The translations under genes and the position numbers were made by a program. Below the pieces are notes generated by a model that worked only from the letters and a program-made list of their open reading frames with translations, was not told the DNA's origin and made no database searches. From an uncultured Candidatus Actinomarinales bacterium (GTDB lineage Bacteria > Actinomycetota > Acidimicrobiia > Actinomarinales > Actinomarinaceae), in NCBI GenBank assembly GCA_963979435.1, contig CAXBVE010000004.1:1-63312 (forward strand): a stretch of 63,312 bases of DNA, read 5' to 3'. Positions 9,581 to 18,403 of the stretch are shown here, piece after piece. Within the stretch, counting starts at the first letter, position 1; every line of letters starts with the position of its first letter.

Positions 9581-10239
9581 ATCCACTTCCTAGTAATGTA
9601 ATCGAAAAAAAGAGAAGAATCCTGGGTCCGACAGGAAGATTTATACTTAAAATCTCAAATTGGGATGTAAATGGTGAGATACCTAATTACAAAAAAATGG
9701 TTTTAGTAGGCGTACCTCACACTGCGATGAGAGATGCCTGGTATGGGCTACTTACAGTTCTAGCGCTAGATTTAAAAGTTAACTTTTTTGGTGCAAAGTG
9801 GGTTTTCACACGATTACCAAGTCCAATTACTTTTTCAAAAAACCTTGATCGTCTAGGAATACCATGGCCATTAGGTTGGTTTCAGAAAAGAATGTTGGTT
9901 AGGTTAGGTGGAATACCAGTTTATAGAACCGAAGCTAAAGGCCATATTGCGAGTGCAATAGAAGAATTTTCTAAATTAGAAAATTTTGTTTTAGTTTTGA
10001 CTCCGGAGGGAGGCACCTATGCGGTTTCTCAATTTAGAAGCGGTTTTTACTATATTGCAAAAGATATGAATATTCCATATGTTCCTATCGAAATCGATTT
10101 TAAAAACAGATCGTTCAACATTCAAGAGCCACATTTTGTTGTAGGAACATTTGAAGAGGAATCTCTAAAACTAGAAAAACTCTTTGAAGGAGTTGAAGGG
10201 GCTACAAGAACTTTTACAATGCTAAAAGAAAAGGAATAA
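9577..10239 (+). CDS. 1-acyl-sn-glycerol-3-phosphate acyltransferase-like protein
   Basis: PHTAMRD (H-x4-D), LGGIPVYR, LTPEG, FRSGFYYIA. Confidence 0.8.
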   Translation: MNPLPSNVIEKKRRILGPTGRFILKISNWDVNGEIPNYKKMVLVGVPHTAMRDAWYGLLTVLALDLKVNFFGAKWVFTRLPSPITFSKNLDRLGIPWPLGWFQKRMLVRLGGIPVYRTEAKGHIASAIEEFSKLENFVLVLTPEGGTYAVSQFRSGFYYIAKDMNIPYVPIEIDFKNRSFNIQEPHFVVGTFEEESLKLEKLFEGVEGATRTFTMLKEKE

Positions 10240-10930
10240 ACAAACTAAGCATGTAGTTCCCCACAGGGATTTTTTTTAAGCCTAACAAATTAATTCCAAC
10301 TCCAATTAAAAGAATTCCTCCTATACCTGCAATTGAGTCAGAGATAATTTGATCAATATTTGAATTTATAATGAAGGCACAAAGAGTAAAGAATCCTTGA
10401 TAAATCAATATTGATATCCCAGAATAGACCGCACCTTTACCCCCACTAGAAGTTATAAAAATAACTAAAAAACAATCTAAAACAGTCTTAATTAAAAGTA
10501 GTTCCAAATTAGATTCAACTACATCAAAGAAAGGACCAATTATTGCTAGTGGACCAGTGATCACTATCAGAGTTGTGGATATGTAGCTATCAATGAATTT
10601 ACTTTGATCTAATTGAGAATCTTCAAACTTGTTATAGAGATAGTCTCCAAATTTTTTAATTTGATTTTCAATTTGCAGATAGTTTCCTATTAATGCCCCA
10701 ATAATTACAGCAAAAATGGTAAATATAAAACCAGATACCTCAAAATTTATTAAACGAACATAATCAGGACTTTTAAGGGACTCCCTCAAACCTAAAGCTA
10801 AAACTAACAATCCTAGAGGAAGTAAGTTTTTTTCAAAATTTTTGATGCTCTTTTTGAAAAATAACCTTGAGAGAAGACCAACGACGAGTACGCCGACACC
10901 ATTTATTAACGTACCAACTCCTGGAAACAT
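10214..10930 (-). CDS. DUF554 family membrane protein
   Basis: GTLING, GPLAIIG, KTVLD, YQG, GGILLIGVGINLL motifs. Confidence 0.8.
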   Translation of the reverse strand: MFPGVGTLINGVGVLVVGLLSRLFFKKSIKNFEKNLLPLGLLVLALGLRESLKSPDYVRLINFEVSGFIFTIFAVIIGALIGNYLQIENQIKKFGDYLYNKFEDSQLDQSKFIDSYISTTLIVITGPLAIIGPFFDVVESNLELLLIKTVLDCFLVIFITSSGGKGAVYSGISILIYQGFFTLCAFIINSNIDQIISDSIAGIGGILLIGVGINLLGLKKIPVGNYMLSLFIPFLLAL

Positions 10931-11493
10931 TATTCTTTAAAGTCGTTGTGACTTCTGCTTGGAGTTGGACCTTCTTGTCCCTGATACTTACTTCCATATG
11001 CTTCAGACCCGTATGTTGACTCTGAAGGTGAATTTAAGTAATAGAAAGATATTTGTCCAATTTTCATTTCTGGGTAGATCATTATTGGTAAATTGGCTAC
11101 GTTAGATAGCTCTAGTGTTAAGTAACCTGAGAATCCAGGATCTACAAAACCTGCCGTAGAATGGATAAGTAATCCTATCCTGCCAAGTGAAGATTTTCCC
11201 TCTAATCTTGCTACAACCTTGTTGGACAAAGATACTTTCTCAAAAGTCGTACCTAGAACAAATTCCCCAGGATGTAAAACAAATGGCTCAGCTTCTGAAG
11301 CAGTTACTAAGCTAGTAAGATCTTGCTGCTCAGCTTTAGGGTCAATATGACTATATTTATGGTTTTCAAAAACTCTGAAATCAGCACCAACTTTTAAATC
11401 TATACTAGAAGGTTGTATATAGCTTTCTTCTAAAGGGTCAATTTGTATAAGTTTTTCTTCTAGAGCTTTTTTTATATCAACATCTGAAAGCAT
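10930..11493 (-). CDS. dcd: dCTP deaminase
   Basis: [41 protein letters not shown]. Confidence 0.95.
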   Translation of the reverse strand: MLSDVDIKKALEEKLIQIDPLEESYIQPSSIDLKVGADFRVFENHKYSHIDPKAEQQDLTSLVTASEAEPFVLHPGEFVLGTTFEKVSLSNKVVARLEGKSSLGRIGLLIHSTAGFVDPGFSGYLTLELSNVANLPIMIYPEMKIGQISFYYLNSPSESTYGSEAYGSKYQGQEGPTPSRSHNDFKE

Positions 11494-11537
11494 GGTTCCC
11501 CTTTTCCTTGAATATACTAACCTACTTTTTGATTTTA

Positions 11538-11738
11538 TTAATTATTTACGATAGATGCAATAGTCCATAAAGTTATAAATAATCCTATGGTTCCAAGAAA
11601 AAGTGTACGTGGTGCATAAAACTCTTCCTCTCTAAAGTTCCTTCCAAAGTATGCGAATAGACTTCCTGCGAACATTGCTCCACCAAAACCAAGAAGAAGT
11701 AGATTTATTGTTAAATCAAGTGCAAAAGGATCATTCAT
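11538..11738 (-). CDS. Small two-TM membrane protein
   Basis: 66 aa with two hydrophobic segments; TAATAT 5 nt before ATG. Confidence 0.65.
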   Translation of the reverse strand: MNDPFALDLTINLLLLGFGGAMFAGSLFAYFGRNFREEEFYAPRTLFLGTIGLFITLWTIASIVNN

Positions 11739-11748
11739 AACTTATATT

Positions 11749-12606
11749 ATGATAATGAATATGTTGGAAAGTAGTAAAGTTGTTGATATTTTTCTTAGAT
11801 ATGACGTATCTAAAACAAGTGATACAAGTAAGTATAAATTAACAGAGTTAAAAGGTATTACCAATTCCAGTTTTATAGTTGAAGTTGATAATAAAAAATT
11901 TGTACTAAGAATACCTGGTGAAAACCCAGATGTGATTAATAGACAATCTGAAAAACACAACACTCTACTAGTTCAAGAAGAGGGCTTAACCTTACCTTTT
12001 ATCATTTTTGACGAAGAAAACGGTATCAAGATTTCTGAATATTATGAGATATATACCTATAAAGATACAGACTTTAATGATTCTGTTTTAAGAAACAATG
12101 CATTTCAAGAGCTTAAGAAGCTTCATAATTCTGAGATTATTTTTCAAAATAACTTTAAACCAACTGAAGTGTTCATAAATATTGCAGATGAGTCAAACCC
12201 CCTTGAACAAGAAGCAAAAGAAGCCGGTCTGCAAGTAGTTAAAAAATTAAATGAAATAGGACTAGATGAGAAGCCTTGTCATCAAGATTTATACTCAGGA
12301 AATTTTGTTGTATTTAAAGATAAGACTCTCCTTATTGATTGGGAATACTCATCAATGGGAGATAGCTATTTTGATTATGCTGATTTATTCTGGCAAAACA
12401 ATTTTGAAACTAACAAAGATTTGAAAAATAAATCGTTAAACGAACTTGGAATCTCAACTACTGATGAGGTAGAAAAGTTCGAGTATTTTGAAATACTGTC
12501 AATGATTACATGGGGTTTATGGGCTATGCGTAGATCTCCAAATAATAATGATGGAGAAATGTCCATAAATAGCGCATTAAAAAAGGTGAACAATAAAAAA
12601 CCTTAA
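11749..12606 (+). CDS. Choline/ethanolamine kinase (APH-like phosphotransferase)
   Basis: GITN, VLRIPG, INRQSE, CHQDLYSGN (Brenner motif), IDWEYS. Exact start uncertain. Confidence 0.8.
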   Translation: MIMNMLESSKVVDIFLRYDVSKTSDTSKYKLTELKGITNSSFIVEVDNKKFVLRIPGENPDVINRQSEKHNTLLVQEEGLTLPFIIFDEENGIKISEYYEIYTYKDTDFNDSVLRNNAFQELKKLHNSEIIFQNNFKPTEVFINIADESNPLEQEAKEAGLQVVKKLNEIGLDEKPCHQDLYSGNFVVFKDKTLLIDWEYSSMGDSYFDYADLFWQNNFETNKDLKNKSLNELGISTTDEVEKFEYFEILSMITWGLWAMRRSPNNNDGEMSINSALKKVNNKKP

Positions 12607-12675
12607 AAGATTTTCAAATAATGACAGGAATGCGTTAGAATTTCGCAGTTAGGTAAAAAGGAAAAAATTTAATTT

Positions 12676-12771
12676 ATGGGATCTTTGATAAAGAAAAGAC
12701 GTAAAAAAATGTCTAAACATAAATATAGAAAACGTCGTAAGTCAAACAGACATAAGAAGAAAAGCGTCTAG
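12676..12771 (+). CDS. 30S ribosomal protein bS22 (AURKAIP1/COX24-like); not in ORF track
   Basis: Manual translation MGSLIKKRRKKMSKHKYRKRRKSNRHKKKSV*, matching the actinobacterial bS22 pattern MGSxIKKRRKxMxKxKxRK; AAGGA upstream. Confidence 0.88.
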   Translation: MGSLIKKRRKKMSKHKYRKRRKSNRHKKKSV

Positions 12772-13628
12772 ACTTCTCCAGACTCATTATTTAAAAACTC
12801 TTCAATTTGTTGAACAAGGCTATCATCTGAATCGTCTGAAAAGGTATCTTCTAGAGTTAACTCTGCATCCTCGAGTTTTGCTACATATTCAGCAAGATCT
12901 TCTGAGTTTTCCATAGCTTTTTTAATTTTTGTTTCAAATTGTTGTCCCTCAGATTGGATTCCAGTATCATCAATATCTATTTTTAATATCTCAGCTGATT
13001 TATTTAACAAAGCGCTTATTCCTTTAGGGTAACCACCAGAACTTAGGTAGTGGGGAACAGCAGCCCATAGACCAGAAGTCTCAATTCCACTATTTCTCAA
13101 TTCATGCCCAACCACACTTGTTATACCAGTAGGACCTGAATAGTTAGTTGGTAAAACATTATATCTTGAGTTAAATGTAGGATCATCACTAACACCAAAA
13201 ATCGGTACGGGCAGGGTGTGAGCGACTTGACCAAAGAAGGCTCCAAGCGTGACTGCTTTTTTAACACCAAGCTCAATCAATGTGTTAGCAATATGCTCTG
13301 AGTAAGTTTTCCATCTCATTGAAGGCTCTTCTCCAAAAACTAATATGATGTCATTTGTTGACTTATAATCTTCAATTGAATAAAAAGATGTTTGGGGCCA
13401 ATGAAAATTTCTTTCCCCAATCTCTTTAACGTCGACAATGGGTCTTCTCATTTGATAATTATAAAAATTTTCAGAGTTCACTTCTGCAAATGGATCAACA
13501 TCATGGTTATTACAGAGATTTTCAATACATCCACTTGCGGTATTACCCGCATCACTCCAACCTTCAAAAGCTAGAACTGCTACAGGTTCAGATAAAAGTG
13601 GTTTCCTGTGCCAAATTATATCATCCAT
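12768..13628 (-). CDS. PAC2 family (proteasome assembly chaperone-like) protein
   Basis: AFEGWSDAG, RRP, GEEPSMRW, HTLP, YSGPTGI, WAAVPHY, QIEEFL. Confidence 0.88.
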   Translation of the reverse strand: MDDIIWHRKPLLSEPVAVLAFEGWSDAGNTASGCIENLCNNHDVDPFAEVNSENFYNYQMRRPIVDVKEIGERNFHWPQTSFYSIEDYKSTNDIILVFGEEPSMRWKTYSEHIANTLIELGVKKAVTLGAFFGQVAHTLPVPIFGVSDDPTFNSRYNVLPTNYSGPTGITSVVGHELRNSGIETSGLWAAVPHYLSSGGYPKGISALLNKSAEILKIDIDDTGIQSEGQQFETKIKKAMENSEDLAEYVAKLEDAELTLEDTFSDDSDDSLVQQIEEFLNNESGEV

Positions 13629-13665
13629 AATAAAAGGTTAATCAATGTGAAGATTTATCTCGAAA

Positions 13666-15729
13666 CTATTTAGTTAGTTTTCTTGAAGAATTCAAAACCA
13701 CTGAGATACTAGACATAGCCATAGCTAATGCCCCTAATTTAGGTGAGATGTTTCCATAAACAGCAATTGGAATCATGAGACTGTTATATATAAATGCTAA
13801 AAATAAATTTTGTCTAACTCTTTTGTCGCTAACTAAAGCAAGCTTTCTAATACTCAGAATTTTTTCGATTCCTCCATCGTGAATAACAATATCACTAGAT
13901 GCTTGAGCAATTTGGCTGCTTACCGAGGTTGTAATAGAAACATCTGCCTGCTGCAAGGAAGGGGAGTCATTAACTCCATCGCCTATAAAAATAACACCTT
14001 CGGTTTTCTGTATATTTTTTACAAAAGCAAGCTTATCCTCTGGAGTTTGGTTACCTAGAGCATTTTTAATCCCCAATTTTTCTGCCAATGTTGAAACTTT
14101 GTCTGAACCATCACCTGATAAAATTGAAATATCATAATAATCATCTACCTTATCAATCAATTTTCCATCAATATTCAAATCCTCTTGTAGGTGAATATAA
14201 GCTTGTGCATCATCAATAGTTACTTCAAGAATATTCTCTAAATCTTTCTTCCTAAAGATAGAAACGGTAAGGTCATTTACTAATCCCTCAATACCCGATC
14301 CAATAATCTCTTTTACATTTTTTGAAGAGTACAAAGATAAGCTTCTTTTCTCAGCCTCTAGAAGTAAGCTTTTTGCAACAGGATGATTGGATTTAATTTC
14401 CAAGCTGGCTACATATGATAAAACTTCGTCTTCACTTAAACTTGAATTTCCAAGGTCTATTTTTTCTATATTAAAAATACCAGAAGTAAGAGTGCCTGTT
14501 TTATCAAATATAACTTTATTTATCTTTTTTAGGTTCTGTAATTTATCAAAATTCTTAAAGATAAAACCATCTTTATATCCCAATGTTGAAGCTCTATATA
14601 ACACTATAGGTGTGGCTAAACCCAGAGCACATGGACATGCAATTACTAGAACTGAGATTGCAATTTCAAGAGATCTTATTAATTCAGTACTCAGAATAAA
14701 ATATCTATACATAAATGTGGTAAAACTTAATATGAGTATTCCTGGAACAAAAAATTGGGTCACCTTATCTAGAGTTTTTTGAATAGAGGGGGTAGTTGAT
14801 TGTGCTTCGAGGATAAGTTTCTCTATAAAATCATAAGTCGAAGCTCCTTCACTCTTAACCTCAATTTCTAAGTAACCATCTAAGTTGATACTTCCAGCTA
14901 ATACGCTGTCACCAATATTTTTATTTATTGGTTTCGACTCACCGGTTAGAAAGTCCTCGTTAGTTGATGATGAACCAGAGATTATGACTCCATCAATTGG
15001 AATGATTTCACCTGGAGAAACACCGATAAGATCACCACCTGATAGATCTGAAACTAGCATTACTTCAATATTTCCACTAGTTAACAATTTAGCATTGTGA
15101 GGTCTTGAATTTTTTATTGCTTCAGAGACATCTATAGAGCTTTGAATTGATATCTCTTCGAATGCCTTTCCAAATAATACAAATGAAATTATATAAGCTC
15201 CAGCATCAAGGAACATATCACTGTTACTAGACGGCAAAAGAGAGACTGCAACTGAACTTAAGCTACCAAGCGAAATGAGTGTATCCATATTAAATTCAAA
15301 GTGTGATATCTTTTTGGCCGCTGAAATATGAAAACGCCTTCCAAATACAAATATAACCAAGAAGCCTAAGATATATGCCCTTAATGAATTATCTGTATTA
15401 AACGCTTGAGAGATACCTGCAGAAAAAACTAAAGATAGGAATGGAAGCCAAAAAATATTTCCACTACTTCTTTTGACTTCTTCTTTATCAGTAGCGACTG
15501 TGGCAGAGTAACCTATAGAGCTAATCTTCTTGATTAATACATCAATGTTAAGGTTTTTTTGATATTTGATGACTGCTTTTTTTAAAGGAAAATTAACAGA
15601 TACTGACTCGATAGATTCATTTTTAGAAATAACCCTCTCAATTCTTGCCGCACAAGCAGCACAGGTCATTCCTTCAAGGTCGAGGGTTACAGTTTCGTTA
15701 ACCTTGGACAACAGTGTAGCCTTGTTCAT
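13666..15729 (-). CDS. copA: Copper-translocating P1B-type ATPase
   Basis: GMTCAAC, TGES, CPCALGLATP, DKTGT, HP, GDGVND, YN and MAMSS. True start may be TTG at 15711. Confidence 0.92.
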   Translation of the reverse strand: MNKATLLSKVNETVTLDLEGMTCAACAARIERVISKNESIESVSVNFPLKKAVIKYQKNLNIDVLIKKISSIGYSATVATDKEEVKRSSGNIFWLPFLSLVFSAGISQAFNTDNSLRAYILGFLVIFVFGRRFHISAAKKISHFEFNMDTLISLGSLSSVAVSLLPSSNSDMFLDAGAYIISFVLFGKAFEEISIQSSIDVSEAIKNSRPHNAKLLTSGNIEVMLVSDLSGGDLIGVSPGEIIPIDGVIISGSSSTNEDFLTGESKPINKNIGDSVLAGSINLDGYLEIEVKSEGASTYDFIEKLILEAQSTTPSIQKTLDKVTQFFVPGILILSFTTFMYRYFILSTELIRSLEIAISVLVIACPCALGLATPIVLYRASTLGYKDGFIFKNFDKLQNLKKINKVIFDKTGTLTSGIFNIEKIDLGNSSLSEDEVLSYVASLEIKSNHPVAKSLLLEAEKRSLSLYSSKNVKEIIGSGIEGLVNDLTVSIFRKKDLENILEVTIDDAQAYIHLQEDLNIDGKLIDKVDDYYDISILSGDGSDKVSTLAEKLGIKNALGNQTPEDKLAFVKNIQKTEGVIFIGDGVNDSPSLQQADVSITTSVSSQIAQASSDIVIHDGGIEKILSIRKLALVSDKRVRQNLFLAFIYNSLMIPIAVYGNISPKLGALAMAMSSISVVLNSSRKLTK

Positions 15730-15901
15730 CGAGTAAGGATTCTACATCTGTCATTTCTACACCATCAGAGATATTTAAAGAAACAGCTTTAGTGTCTACA
15801 TCAACATTTACATTTGATACACCAGGTGTGTTTAACGTTTTCTCTATAGTCTCTTTACAGTGCCCACAGGTTATTTCTGGAACAGTAAAATTTATATCCA
15901 T
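15698..15901 (-). CDS. copZ: Copper chaperone (HMA domain)
   Basis: ITCGHC, C-terminal GY, directly upstream of copA; TAAAAT 6 nt before ATG. Confidence 0.88.
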   Translation of the reverse strand: MDINFTVPEITCGHCKETIEKTLNTPGVSNVNVDVDTKAVSLNISDGVEMTDVESLLDEQGYTVVQG

Positions 15902-15961
15902 AGGAGTATTTTAGTGTATATTTTTTTTTAGATTTAGACGATATGTCTAACTCTTAATTAA

Positions 15962-16156
15962 TTAAGCAGTTTCTTGTAAAATGCGGCCTCTTACACGAGG
16001 ATACTTAACAGGAGCGTGATTAAAACAATGATCTCTTTTGTTGTAGATACTTAATTTAGTGCTACATGATTCATCTTTACATACTCTGCCCTGGTCAAAA
16101 CTTTTTGAAGGCCTTATTCCGCCTTTAATTTGACTTGCTTTTAGTCCGTCAGTCAT
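15962..16156 (-). CDS. Small putative zinc-finger protein (C-x4-C-x12-C-x2-H), paralog 1
   Basis: AAGGA Shine-Dalgarno; 32/57 ungapped identities with ORF 39781-39984. Confidence 0.85.
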   Translation of the reverse strand: MTDGLKASQIKGGIRPSKSFDQGRVCKDESCSTKLSIYNKRDHCFNHAPVKYPRVRGRILQETA

Positions 16157-16172
16157 TTGATTCCTTTTTAGT

Positions 16173-16190
16173 TTGTGAATATATTCACAA
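16173..16190. promoter_or_regulatory. Perfect palindrome TTGTGAA-TATA-TTCACAA (Rex-box consensus; also fits CRP-type TGTGA-N6-TCACA)
   Basis: Exact 18-bp palindrome 16 nt upstream of the microprotein start. Confidence 0.75.
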
Positions 16191-16226
16191 GGGTAACAAC
16201 TTTACCCACAGGATGCAAGCTTTTCT

Positions 16227-18128
16227 TCAAGATTTACCTAATTTTTTTTGTTTCAAAAAAGCCTCGTCATTCCACTCTCTTCCTAGAAAGTCTTGAACCA
16301 TTTCTTCTGCATCTTTAGAACCACCAACCGAGAGAATTTTATTCTTATAGTCAATGCCAACCTCTTTTGATAAGATACCTTCATTTTCAAATCTACTAAA
16401 TAAATCATCACCAATTATGTCGGCCCACAAGTAACCGTAATAGGCCGCATCGTATCCTCCAAGTAAGTGTCCGAAAGCTCCAAGGTGATTAGTATCGTCA
16501 GGATAATTTATTGTTGTTACCTTTTGAGACTCTTGTTCAATTTGATCTAACGAATCATCAAAATTTATTCCATGTAAGTGTTGATCAGCTAGCCCAAATG
16601 ATACTTGACGAAGAGTTAGTAAGCTGATTCCTATATTTTTTGAAGAATTCAACCTCTCACAAAGATCGTGGGCTAGTGTTTCTCCAGTTTCAATATGTTT
16701 CGAAAATCTTCTCAAGCATTCACTCTTCCATACCCAGTGTTCCATGATTTGACTTGGTGCTTCAACAAAATCCCACTCAACATTTGCCCCTAAAAACCGA
16801 GCAAACTTTGACTTCCCAATTCCGTTATGAAGGACATGGCCAAATTCATGAAAAAGTGTTTCCACCTCATCAAAAGTCATGAGGCCATTACCAGTATTTG
16901 GATTTGGGAAGTTAGCAACCATTGAACAAACTGGAAGATTTGTTTCATCTGCACTACCTGGTGAAATATCAAAAACTGCTGCATGGGTGTATTTTCCATC
17001 TCTTGGGTACATATCTAAATAAAAATATGCAGTTTTTTTGTTATTGTGATCTGAGATCGACCAAAGTTCAACATCCTCATGCCAAGCTGTGCGAGAGTCT
17101 TCCCGATTAATAGAGATTTCAAAAACATCTTCACATATTGAGAACATGGCCTCTTTTACATTATGGATATAGAAATACTTTTTTATTTCATTATTATCAA
17201 CCTGACTCTGTTCATTTCTTTTTTTTGTAATAAAATACCTAATATCCCAAGGAGCTATATCTGAAGGTTCAATATTGTCAGTTGCTAGCTCAACTTTTTC
17301 ATTTTGTGCGGCCGTTTGTAATTTAGGAACTAAATTGTCATACATTTTTACAACATTTTGTGGACTTTTAGCCATTCTGTGTTGAAGCCTATATTCTCCC
17401 CAGGTGTTGAAACCAAATAGGTTTGCTTTTTCATTTCTCAAAGCAACCGCTTCTTTTAAAATAGGCGAATTTGATAATACTGCTCTATTATTAAATGCCT
17501 TCCACACTTTTTTTCTTGAATCACGAATCTCACAATTCTCTAAAACTGCATTTATATCAGGGTAAGCCATTGTCACAATGAAGTTTCCTTCTTCTTTTCT
17601 GAAATTATTCAGCTCATCAATGCTTAGACCCTTTAATTGAGATTGATTTAGTATTACCTCAGAATTATCGGCTGCAATATTTTTAGAGAAATTAATTTCA
17701 AGATCTATTAATTTTTTTTCTATTTCAATTAAGCGTGTTTTTTTATCATGATCTAATTCATGTCCAGCATCAATAAAGTCTCTAATAACCTCATCAAAGT
17801 ATTTGATAGACTCCTTATCTAAAGTATTTGTTTTGATTGATTTGAATTTTTCATAAAGTTTTTTATCTGTTGTAACCTCCAAAATAAAATTTTCAATAAT
17901 TGATTCCGCAACGTTACCATAATTTCTAATATCTTCTTCTTTGCTTACATCTGCCATGAAAGCTACTCTTCCAGACAAATCTGAAAGTGTTCTCTCAAAT
18001 AAATCAAACATATCTAGAGATGGTGTATCTTCATTTTTAATCTTCTGAATTTGTTCAAGACCTATGTTTAGAGTATTTTTTATATCATTTTCTAAATCTA
18101 ATTTTGTTATTGCTGAATAATCAAACAT
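16227..18128 (-). CDS. M3 family oligopeptidase (thimet/oligopeptidase A-like)
   Basis: FHEFGH, DFVEAPSQ, YLDMYPRDGKY, GYDAAYYGYLW, FLGR. Confidence 0.92.
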   Translation of the reverse strand: MFDYSAITKLDLENDIKNTLNIGLEQIQKIKNEDTPSLDMFDLFERTLSDLSGRVAFMADVSKEEDIRNYGNVAESIIENFILEVTTDKKLYEKFKSIKTNTLDKESIKYFDEVIRDFIDAGHELDHDKKTRLIEIEKKLIDLEINFSKNIAADNSEVILNQSQLKGLSIDELNNFRKEEGNFIVTMAYPDINAVLENCEIRDSRKKVWKAFNNRAVLSNSPILKEAVALRNEKANLFGFNTWGEYRLQHRMAKSPQNVVKMYDNLVPKLQTAAQNEKVELATDNIEPSDIAPWDIRYFITKKRNEQSQVDNNEIKKYFYIHNVKEAMFSICEDVFEISINREDSRTAWHEDVELWSISDHNNKKTAYFYLDMYPRDGKYTHAAVFDISPGSADETNLPVCSMVANFPNPNTGNGLMTFDEVETLFHEFGHVLHNGIGKSKFARFLGANVEWDFVEAPSQIMEHWVWKSECLRRFSKHIETGETLAHDLCERLNSSKNIGISLLTLRQVSFGLADQHLHGINFDDSLDQIEQESQKVTTINYPDDTNHLGAFGHLLGGYDAAYYGYLWADIIGDDLFSRFENEGILSKEVGIDYKNKILSVGGSKDAEEMVQDFLGREWNDEAFLKQKKLGKS

Positions 18129-18166
18129 TTATCTCCTTTTAAGTTTTTTATGATAGTATTTCTAAT

Positions 18167-18403
18167 ATGGATATCAAACTTGAATTTTGTGTAGTTTGAA
18201 ACTACACACCTCGTGCAGTTAGTACGATAGAAGACATTTTAGAAAAATACGGACAAAAAGTTAATTCAATAAATCTAATTCCCGGATCAGGTGGCGTCTT
18301 TGAATTTTATTTGAATGAAGAATTACTTTACTCAAAACTTGAAACTGGAAGACACACTGAAGAAGGAGAGATTCTAAATCTCATAGAAAAAGCACTTAGT
18401 TGA
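18167..18403 (+). CDS. SelW/SelT/SelH (Rdx family) selenoprotein, CxxU; not in ORF track
   Basis: MDIKLEFCVV(U)NYTPRAV...LIPGSGGVFEF...LLYSKLETGRH... (78 aa) with in-frame TGA at 18197-18199 completing CxxU; extended -10 TGaTAGTAT 7 nt before ATG. Confidence 0.9.
18202..18230 (+). other. Candidate SECIS hairpin of the Rdx selenoprotein
   Basis: TCGTGC-AGTTA-GTACGA stem-loop (18211-18227; loop starts at +18 from UGA with G then U) plus CTA/TAG lower pairs; folded by eye. Confidence 0.5.

Noticed and set aside
15934-15950. TTAGAC-GATAT-GTCTAA dyad between microprotein 1 and copZ as a CsoR operator or terminator
   Set aside because: It lacks the GC-rich CsoR pattern and has no U-tract on the coding strand; short AT-rich arms may be chance
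18197-18199. Genome-wide UGA reassignment to Trp or Gly
   Set aside because: Other genes end at TGA, Trp is encoded by TGG, and both in-frame TGAs fall at catalytic Cys-equivalent positions, which points to selenocysteine
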